Made by a program: the position numbers and the translations under genes
Notes under the pieces: generated by a model
The model's input: the letters and a program-made list of their open reading frames with translations, nothing else
Databases searched by the model: none
Told to the model about the DNA's origin: nothing
In this document: positions 19,801 through 26,408 of the stretch, in pieces
How the letters are laid out: every line of letters starts with the position of its first letter
Numbering within the stretch: the stretch's first letter is position 1
Assembly (NCBI GenBank): GCA_046073825.1
Contig: JBJTMY010000063.1
Span: 23,598-87,597, forward strand
DNA length: 64,000 nucleotides
Direction of reading: 5' to 3'
From: Bacteroidota bacterium
GTDB lineage: Bacteria; Bacteroidota; Bacteroidia; AKYH767-A; OLB10

Positions 19801-19883
19801 TCAAAAAACTCGTTATCGCGTAAGCGTGTAAACTCAGGAGTGTTATTGAGTTCTTCTACACCTTTCCAATATCTTTTTTCCAT
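16812..19883 (-). CDS. actB: Alternative complex III subunit ActB (Tat-signal molybdopterin-oxidoreductase-like domain fused to a 4-cluster ferredoxin domain)
   Basis: 1023 aa. Twin-arginine signal TTRRDFLKFLGFSVAAASLAAC. C-terminal Cys clusters (CIGCGSCVVAC, CQHCNHAPCENVCP, CVGTRYCANNCP, CTMCVQR). Confidence 0.9.
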   Translation of the reverse strand: MEKRYWKGVEELNNTPEFTRLRDNEFFEHLPVDEVLSKKAASDSSTTRRDFLKFLGFSVAAASLAACDAPVKKAIPYVSKPEEITLGIPNYYASTYYDGTDYCSVLVKTREGRPIKIEGNDLSSITKGATNARVQGSVLSLYDSARLAHPLKGGQKSDWTTVDGEITSKLSAAASAGKKIAIVASSNASPTAKKAIADFSTKYPTASVVTYDAVSYHGIVKANELSFGKAIVPAYSFDKAEVIVSFGADFLANWISPIEFANQYGVGRKLRNGKRTMSRHVQVESTLSLTGSNADNRYKVKPSELSSAVAALYNKVAALAGGSSVSASSNAFDKAADSVAKELWAAKGKCLVVSGSNDPNEQILVNAINYMLGSYGSTINLDSVCNLRSSNDAAVAELMQSMNAGQVGAVIFWNTNPVYTMPSMTDAIAKVGLKISLADRNDETASKCDYACPDHHYLESWGDVEAYSNRYSLMQPTIRPLFNTRQAAESLLKWAGVQVADYYTYIRTNWETSVYPKQSSMTSFEAFWTKSLQDGVFDAATPVATAVVFAGNVSDAASKLMKPSAGTDVVLYEKTGIANGNQANNPWLQELPDPISKVCWDNYFAILPAYAERLKVAQGNIIEVKVGNTTVKGPVFLQPAMADNTVAVAVGYGRTAAGKAGNGVGFNAYPFMSLTNGALSMVAANATITKTVDEDHTLAATQTHHTMMGREIVKETTLNKWLKDAKSGNEQELIDSPYGKKKPEELNLWATPENPGFDRPNHSWGLGIDLNACIGCGSCVVACNAENNVPVVGKDEIGRAREMHWIRIDRYYSSDTTKENAGEKGLGKLSMYGEMEKPGADNPEVFFQPVMCQHCNHAPCENVCPVAATTHSSEGLNMMAYNRCVGTRYCANNCPYKVRRFNWFKYSDNDQFPYNMQDNLGKMVLNPDVVVRSRGVMEKCTMCVQRIQYGKLEAKKASRRPVDGEIKTACAQACPTNAIVFGDFNDKNSEVSALFQDPRSYHLLAELDVQPSVFYQTKVRNKN

Positions 19884-19928
19884 ATCTGTGATTGGAGTAA
19901 TATTCAGATTAATTGTTTACTTAATTTA

Positions 19929-21164
19929 TTAATAGTGACAACGTGCGCACTCTAAACCACCAATTTTATCAACAGTAAGTTTAGCATCAGGACCTAACTT
20001 TTGTTTTAACTTTTCGTGTAACTCCGTATAGTATCCATTACCATCCATTTTCACTTCTGTTTGGCGGTGACAGTTAATGCACCATCCCATTGTTAATGGA
20101 GATGCCTGCTTCATCACTTCCATGTTTTGAACTTCTCCATGACAAGTTTGGCATTCTACCTTTCCTACTTTCACGTGTTGAGCGTGATTAAAGTAAGCTA
20201 AATCTGGTAGATTGTGAATTCTAACCCACTGAATTGGTTGTGTTTTTCCAGTATATACCTGCTTGTCTTTATCCCAACCCACTGCCTTGTAAATCTTAGC
20301 AATTTCTTCTGTACCATATTTAGGTCCTTGTTGAACATACTTATGACAGTTCATACAAACCATTGGAGAAGGAATATTTGCATTCTTTGATTTTTCAGCA
20401 CCTGAGTGGCAATAACGACAATCGATTTTATTTTGCGTTACGTGCAATGCATGAGAAAATTTAATTGGTTGATCTGGCTGATAACCTTCTTGAACGCCAA
20501 TACCTTTTAATGCATACCATCCTTTTACGCTACCAACAACTACTAAAAATAAAATAATGACTGCAATTAACTTTTTATGTTCGCGAACCCATGCTTTTCC
20601 TTTGTATATTGGAGGCTCAGGCAAGCCCTCACGCTGACGAACAACTCTTTCAAGTCCTTTCTTAGCGCTATTTAAAATAAAGTACAAAGCGATTAAGCCG
20701 ATAGTCACTAACAATAGTACAGTTGGACTACTATCGTCTTGACCTTCTTCCCCTGGAGTTGCACCCGGAGCCGCTGTTCCTGGAGCTGCTGCCGCAGGAG
20801 CTTTTTCGCTTTCCGCTTTAATGTAAGCGATTACCGATTTGATTTCGTCTTCAGAAAGGTTGAATGCTGGCATTGCAATCTTATTATTCTCCTCGAATAA
20901 TTTGTTTGCATCTGCATCGCCTGATTTAATGAAGGCGCTGGAATTTTTAATCCACTTAAGCAACCATTCTTCGCTTCTGCGTTGATGAACATTTTTCAAT
21001 CCCGGCCCTACAACCTTATTGTCACCCACCACATGGCAGGAGGTACAATTAGCTTTAAAGATTGCTTCACCATTTGGCTGAGCAGATGCCTGAGATAGAG
21101 AAATTACGTTCAGGAACAACGCGAACATTGTGATTGTCAAATACCTGGATACGTAACGAGACAT
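19929..21164 (-). CDS. actA: Alternative complex III subunit ActA (pentahaem module) with an extra N-terminal monohaem cytochrome c module
   Basis: Six CxxCH motifs in total: CTSCH in the N-terminal module, then CRYCH, CMNCH, CQTCH, CINCH and CARCH. The probable start is the ATG at 21164 (MSRYVSRYLTITMFALFLNVISLSQASA). The track's start at 21221 is a TTG. Confidence 0.85.
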   Translation of the reverse strand: MSRYVSRYLTITMFALFLNVISLSQASAQPNGEAIFKANCTSCHVVGDNKVVGPGLKNVHQRRSEEWLLKWIKNSSAFIKSGDADANKLFEENNKIAMPAFNLSEDEIKSVIAYIKAESEKAPAAAAPGTAAPGATPGEEGQDDSSPTVLLLVTIGLIALYFILNSAKKGLERVVRQREGLPEPPIYKGKAWVREHKKLIAVIILFLVVVGSVKGWYALKGIGVQEGYQPDQPIKFSHALHVTQNKIDCRYCHSGAEKSKNANIPSPMVCMNCHKYVQQGPKYGTEEIAKIYKAVGWDKDKQVYTGKTQPIQWVRIHNLPDLAYFNHAQHVKVGKVECQTCHGEVQNMEVMKQASPLTMGWCINCHRQTEVKMDGNGYYTELHEKLKQKLGPDAKLTVDKIGGLECARCHY

Positions 21165-21374
21165 ATGAAGTCGTTTAAATTGTTTAAATTTTAGTTCTGA
21201 ATTTTTACCGAAATACGACAAAAACCCAATTTTTTCGCTGCGAATTTAACACAATCTGCGTATTTCTCGAAAAAAAATGAAACATTTTATAAATTTAAAA
21301 TCTGTCTAATTTGTTAATAAGCGTCAATTTTGAATTTAAACTAGGGTTAATCTTGAACATTGTGGCTGATTACC

Positions 21375-21382
21375 TATTTTTG
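21375..21382 (+). promoter_or_regulatory. -7 box TATTTTTG, 4 nt before the ATG at 21387
   Basis: Exact match to TAnnTTTG. Confidence 0.4.
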
Positions 21383-21386
21383 AAAA

Positions 21387-22142
21387 ATGAATTTACTAAG
21401 GAAAACCAACTTATTGTTTGTTATTTTTATTGGACTTTCAGGATTTTTGAATGCTCAAAATCAAAATATTAGTCCATCAAATGAAGAACTAATAACCGAT
21501 TTAGTGGAAAGACACAAAAAGGTTGGTTTATTGAAACAAACGACACCGGGGTATCGGATTCAACTTTATTTTGGATCAGAAAGATCAAAAGCTAATGAAA
21601 TAAAAACCGACTTTTCAAATAATTTCTCCAACACCCCATCCTATTTGTTGTATCAACAGCCCAACTTCAAAGTTCGTGTTGGTGACTTTAAAACTCGCAT
21701 GGAAGCATTTGCATTTTTGGAGAGCCTCAAAGAGTTTTACAGCACTTCATTTATTGTGCCTGACGACATTAAGCTCCCAAAACGTGAATTGTATAATAGT
21801 GGCAGCGGTTATCTGGGTTCTCAAGGGGTGGTACCTCGTAATTATGAGGATAAAAACAAGATTGCTGCGAATCTAACGGGGAGGAATATCCGAATTTTAC
21901 CTCCATTAAATTTACCTGTTCAAGAAGAAGGAAAAGTGGTTCTCGAAATATCGGTAGATTCAAAAGGAAATGTTGTAATGGCAGAAGGTCCGGCAAGAGG
22001 TTCAACTACTACCAGCACTGCACTTTTGAAATTAGCGAAAGAAGCTGCATTTAAAACAAAATTTACTGAGATAGAAGTTTCTTCCGATAGCGAAGTGAAT
22101 TTTCAAAAAGGGACCTTATCAATCACCTTCCACATAGAATAA
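21387..22142 (+). CDS. Exported SPOR-domain protein with a TonB-C-like C-terminal domain
   Basis: 251 aa with a signal peptide. The block GYRIQLYFGSERSKANEIK...FKVRVGDFKTRMEAFAFLE is SPOR-like. The C-terminus GKVVLEISVDSKGNVVMAE...AKEAAFKTKF is TonB_C-like. Confidence 0.55.
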   Translation: MNLLRKTNLLFVIFIGLSGFLNAQNQNISPSNEELITDLVERHKKVGLLKQTTPGYRIQLYFGSERSKANEIKTDFSNNFSNTPSYLLYQQPNFKVRVGDFKTRMEAFAFLESLKEFYSTSFIVPDDIKLPKRELYNSGSGYLGSQGVVPRNYEDKNKIAANLTGRNIRILPPLNLPVQEEGKVVLEISVDSKGNVVMAEGPARGSTTTSTALLKLAKEAAFKTKFTEIEVSSDSEVNFQKGTLSITFHIE

Positions 22143-22646
22143 TTATTGCTTATGAATAATTTTATGCGGGCGTTTTTTTCGGGTTTGATGATGATAGTTA
22201 CTAGATAAAATAGAGATATTTCCATCAGCTTCCAATATGGCAAGATTTACTTTTTCAATTGAGTCAACACCATGTTCACGTACAGCGGCCATCAATTCAT
22301 CCTCCGTAAGCATCACTTTTTCTAAATGTTTTTTAATGATCTTTCCATTATGTACTAACATAACTGGTTCTCCCTGAAGAAAAGTGGTCAACGCTTTTGA
22401 TTTAAACGTGATTCGCTTCAGCATATAATTTAACAGAAACAAACTTAGTGCAGCAGTCAAGCCTCCATTTAAAGAGGTACTCGGACCTACCATTGCATTT
22501 TGTACAGAGTTACTTATTAATAAAATAAACACCAAATCAGTAACACTCAATTGAGCTAATTCCGTTTTACCAAACAATCGAATAGCGATTACAATAAATA
22601 GATAAACTGCTATTGATCGTAAAATAATTTCTACATATTCATTCAT
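22143..22646 (-). CDS. DUF421 (YetF-like) membrane protein
   Basis: 167 aa. The motif GKTELAQLSVTDLVFILLISNSVQNAMVG is typical of DUF421. Confidence 0.7.
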   Translation of the reverse strand: MNEYVEIILRSIAVYLFIVIAIRLFGKTELAQLSVTDLVFILLISNSVQNAMVGPSTSLNGGLTAALSLFLLNYMLKRITFKSKALTTFLQGEPVMLVHNGKIIKKHLEKVMLTEDELMAAVREHGVDSIEKVNLAILEADGNISILSSNYHHQTRKKRPHKIIHKQ

Positions 22647-22650
22647 CCCT

Positions 22651-22658
22651 CAAATGTA
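22651..22658 (-). promoter_or_regulatory. -7 box TACATTTG, 4 nt before the ATG at 22646 (DUF421 gene)
   Basis: Exact match on the minus strand. Confidence 0.4.
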
Positions 22659-22691
22659 AAACTTATTATCCAATCAATTGTTTTCAGTTTC

Positions 22692-24185
22692 ATGAGTTCA
22701 GTAAGTATTGTCTTCCCCCATCAGTTATTTCAAAATCATCCAGCACTTGATAAAAGCAGATTAGTCTTTCTTCTTGAAGAAGAGTTGTTTTTTAAGCAAT
22801 ATCATTTTCACAAATCAAAGATTGCTTACCATCGAGCGACTATGAAGTGGTATTTTGAATTTCTAATCAGTCAGGGATACAAAGTAAAATACCTTGATTC
22901 CATAGATGAAGCCTCTAAACTAGAAAACGTATTTTCCAGTTTATTTGATGCAGGCGTTAAAGAAGTTTACCTATCAGAAGTGAATGATTATTTATTAAAA
23001 CGAAGAGTTAATCGCTATTCAAAAAAATATCAAATCAAGATTAATTGGTGTGAAAATCCGAACTATATTCTATCTACATCAGCAACGCAAAAATATTTGA
23101 AAGAAAAGAAGAAGTTTTTCTTAACTGATTTTTACATTCACTTTCGCAAAGAGTTCCATGTATTATTTGAAAACAATCAGCCTCTTGGTGGCAAATGGAC
23201 ATTCGATACTGAGAACAGAAAAAAAATGCCAGAAGGGACTATCGTATACGGATTACCGAAAATAACAAACAACGATATTATTGAAGAAGCAATATCCTAC
23301 ACGCAAAAACATTTTCAAAATAACCCAGGAGAAACACCATCCATACTTTTTCCGATCACTTTTGATGATAGCAAAAAATGGTTAGATCAATTTATTGAAC
23401 AACGTTTAAATAATTTCGGTGTATATCAAGATGCCATGGTGGAGGGTTCGTCCTTTCTATTTCACAGTGTATTAACACCAATGCTAAACATTGGATTAAT
23501 TAATCCTGACTTTATAATCGATGAAACTATCGCTGCTTATCACAAGAAAGAATTACCTCTAAATTCGGTGGAAGGATTTATTCGTCAGGTTTTTGGATGG
23601 CGAGAATTTATTAAAGTTGTTTATGAAGAAAAAGGTGTCTTTCAACGAAAGAAAAATCATTTTCAGCATTCTCGTAAAATCCCTTCTTCCTTTTATAATG
23701 GAACCACTGGGATTAATCCTGTTGACGATGTGATTCGTAAAACGCTTAATCATGGTTATGCGCATCACATTGAACGATTAATGATAATTGGCAACTTTAT
23801 GTTATTATGTGAGTTTGATCCGGATGAAGTATATCGTTGGTTTATGGAATTATTTATAGATGCTTATGATTGGGTGATGGTTCCTAATGTATATGGAATG
23901 AGCCAGTATGCCGACGGAGGGATTATGAGTACGAAGCCTTACATATCAGGTTCGAATTACCTTCTTAAAATGAGTAATTACAAGAAAGGCGCATGGTGTG
24001 AAATATGGGACTCGCTATATTGGTTATTTATCATCAAGCACAAAAATTCCTTTGCAAAAAATCCGCGAATGTCCATGATGGTTAGTTTAGCTAATAAATT
24101 ACCGGAAGAAAAAATAAATCACTATCAAAATACAGCAAACAACTGGTTTAAATTAATAGAAGAAAAAGAAAGGGCTGCATTATAA
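22692..24185 (+). CDS. Cryptochrome/photolyase-family protein of the PhrB/CryB (FeS-BCP, COG3046) type
   Basis: 497 aa. It is collinear with my recollection of Agrobacterium PhrB (GGKWTFDTENR, VEGFIRQVFGWREF, YAHHIERLMIIGNF, PNVYGMSQYADGG, SGSNYLLKMSNY). Confidence 0.8.
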   Translation: MSSVSIVFPHQLFQNHPALDKSRLVFLLEEELFFKQYHFHKSKIAYHRATMKWYFEFLISQGYKVKYLDSIDEASKLENVFSSLFDAGVKEVYLSEVNDYLLKRRVNRYSKKYQIKINWCENPNYILSTSATQKYLKEKKKFFLTDFYIHFRKEFHVLFENNQPLGGKWTFDTENRKKMPEGTIVYGLPKITNNDIIEEAISYTQKHFQNNPGETPSILFPITFDDSKKWLDQFIEQRLNNFGVYQDAMVEGSSFLFHSVLTPMLNIGLINPDFIIDETIAAYHKKELPLNSVEGFIRQVFGWREFIKVVYEEKGVFQRKKNHFQHSRKIPSSFYNGTTGINPVDDVIRKTLNHGYAHHIERLMIIGNFMLLCEFDPDEVYRWFMELFIDAYDWVMVPNVYGMSQYADGGIMSTKPYISGSNYLLKMSNYKKGAWCEIWDSLYWLFIIKHKNSFAKNPRMSMMVSLANKLPEEKINHYQNTANNWFKLIEEKERAAL

Positions 24186-24199
24186 TCTGCAGCCCTTTC
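24168..24199 (-). terminator. Intrinsic terminator of the PNGase-like/S46 transcription unit, embedded in the 3' end of the convergent photolyase-like gene
   Basis: 12-bp stem GAAAGGGCTGCA/TGCAGCCCTTTC. The 8-nt loop contains the plus-strand stop codon. On the minus strand it is followed by TTTTTCTTC. Confidence 0.65.
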
Positions 24200-24215
24200 T
24201 GTAAATGAAATTTAT

Positions 24216-26387
24216 TTATTTAATAATCTTCATTTCGTTTAATAAATGACCTGCTCCACCAAACTTATCCATAATGAATAATGTATAACGAATATCTACG
24301 CAGATAGTTCTTTGCAAGTTAGCATCGAAGCCAAAATCGCTAGCAATTGCCTCCCAGTTACCATCGAATGCAGTCCCAATTAATTCACCTTTGCCATTAA
24401 TTACAGGAGAACCTGAGTTACCACCTGTGATATCATTATCAGTTAGGAAACAAGTATGTAGCTCACCATCCTTATCAGCATATTGTCCAAAGTCTTTTGC
24501 CTTCAACATTTCGATTAATTTTTTCGGCGCATCAAATTCAATATCGCCAGGAGTGTATTTTTCTAAAATACCTTTTGATGTTGTAAATTCTTTATAGAAT
24601 ACAGCGTCCTTTGCGTTATACGGTAATACGCGACCGTAAGTAAGACGCATGGTACCATTTGCATCCGGAGAGTATAATTTATTACCATCCATTTCTAACA
24701 TAGCAGCCTGGAACAAACGATTTGCACGACCTAATTTATTGTTGATATCCATAGTTATAGGACGCATATCAACATTCATTTTATTTAAATAAGCGTTAGT
24801 GATTACATAAATCATGTCCTTATTCATTTTCTTTAATGAAGGAGAAGATAAGAAGGCGATCATTTTATCTTTCGACGTTAAAAATGATTTAGTATATAAA
24901 TCAGACGCCATTTTCGAATAATCCTTATTGTATTTCACAGATAGATCCACTAATTCTTTTGGAAGATTTGCATGATCCAAATCTTCTGTTAAATGCATTA
25001 GCACAGTTGCCAATACTTTTACTTCAATTGGATCGAAATACTCTTTATATTGTTCGTCCAATTCTTTTTTCATTTCTTCTGATAGCTTTTTCGCTTCTTC
25101 TGCCTTTGTTTTATCCTTCAACAGCGCTTCAAGTTTCGACATTCCCATTGCAAAAACCATAGGTTGAGAATTACTAATTCCATCCTGCAAGTAAACGCCA
25201 TACATGCCATACTTATCTAATTGTGTATAGGCCTGATTATACAAGTCGAACATTTCATTATATGCAGCACCTTTATTATTTGCTTTTATCCAAGCAGCCA
25301 ATTTTTCTTCTTCTGCTTTTCTTCTTTCATATAAATGTTGTTGAGGTAATGCATTCGCCTCTCCCATATATTTTTTCCAGTAATTACTTAACCCAGCAAA
25401 TTTATCTGCATACATTAACTTGATTTTTGGATCAGCGTGCATAAACTCTTCATAAACATCCAATACATCACGACGAACTTTCACGCGCATTGGGCGTTCT
25501 TTTGAAGAATAATATTGTATTCCTTTGCTATAAGTATAGCGTTGAGTTCTTCCAGGATAACCCATAATCATTGCAAAGTCTTCTGGATTTTTTCCTTGTA
25601 AGTTAACAGGGAAGAAATGTTGAGGACTATAGGGCTTGTTACTTGCATTAAAATCTGCAGGTTTATTTTCAGCATTTACATAAATACGAAACATACTAAA
25701 GTCGCAAGTATGACGAGGCCACACCCAATTATCTGTTTCTCCTCCAAACTTTCCAATATTTTCCGGCGGAGTACCTACTAGGCGAATATCTTTATAAACT
25801 ACATAATACATTGCAAGGAATTTGTTTCCAGCATAAAACGGAACAACATCTACAACATAATTATCTTTATCAGCGCCAAGACCATCTTTTAATGAAGCGG
25901 AAAGGCTCTTTAATTTTTCAGCTACTGCTTTTGTGCGAGCTGTCTCATCCATATTCATGCTAATACTGTCTAACACCTTCGAAGTAACGTCTTCCACTTT
26001 AGCAAGCAAACCGATATTGAAATTTGCTTTTCTTTCTTCGCTTTTATTTTTTGCCCAAAAACCATTGGCAAGAATATTATCTTCGTTGGTACTTAGCTCT
26101 TGAATTGCACCATAACCGCAATGGTGGTTAGTTAAGAACAATCCTTCACTGCTAATGATTTCTCCTGTACAAAACATTCTATTTTGCTTCGTCATCAAAC
26201 GAACTACGGCATCTTTTGCACACGCTTTATTGATATTATAAATATCATCGGCAGATAATTTTAATCCGCGAGCTTGCATGCTATCCTGCAACTGTTGAAT
26301 CATAATTAAAGGCCACATACCTTCGTCAGCACGCAACTGACCAGCTAAAATCACAAACCCAATAAAGAGTACTGCTATCTTTTTCAT
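24216..26387 (-). CDS. S46-family serine dipeptidyl-peptidase (DPP7/DPP11-like)
   Basis: 723 aa with a signal peptide followed by ADEGMWPL. Catalytic blocks TNHHCG (His) and GGNSGSPV (Ser). Confidence 0.9.
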   Translation of the reverse strand: MKKIAVLFIGFVILAGQLRADEGMWPLIMIQQLQDSMQARGLKLSADDIYNINKACAKDAVVRLMTKQNRMFCTGEIISSEGLFLTNHHCGYGAIQELSTNEDNILANGFWAKNKSEERKANFNIGLLAKVEDVTSKVLDSISMNMDETARTKAVAEKLKSLSASLKDGLGADKDNYVVDVVPFYAGNKFLAMYYVVYKDIRLVGTPPENIGKFGGETDNWVWPRHTCDFSMFRIYVNAENKPADFNASNKPYSPQHFFPVNLQGKNPEDFAMIMGYPGRTQRYTYSKGIQYYSSKERPMRVKVRRDVLDVYEEFMHADPKIKLMYADKFAGLSNYWKKYMGEANALPQQHLYERRKAEEEKLAAWIKANNKGAAYNEMFDLYNQAYTQLDKYGMYGVYLQDGISNSQPMVFAMGMSKLEALLKDKTKAEEAKKLSEEMKKELDEQYKEYFDPIEVKVLATVLMHLTEDLDHANLPKELVDLSVKYNKDYSKMASDLYTKSFLTSKDKMIAFLSSPSLKKMNKDMIYVITNAYLNKMNVDMRPITMDINNKLGRANRLFQAAMLEMDGNKLYSPDANGTMRLTYGRVLPYNAKDAVFYKEFTTSKGILEKYTPGDIEFDAPKKLIEMLKAKDFGQYADKDGELHTCFLTDNDITGGNSGSPVINGKGELIGTAFDGNWEAIASDFGFDANLQRTICVDIRYTLFIMDKFGGAGHLLNEMKIIK

Positions 26388-26408
26388 ACTTTTTTAATTT
26401 TATTTATT

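Noticed and set aside
8523-21164. The idea that kynU and the DUF1801 gene are part of the act-cox operon, since they share a strand and are adjacent.
   Set aside because: A strong intrinsic terminator (9861-9884) separates coxI from kynU, and the functions are unrelated. Read-through cannot be excluded, but a functional unit is not supported.
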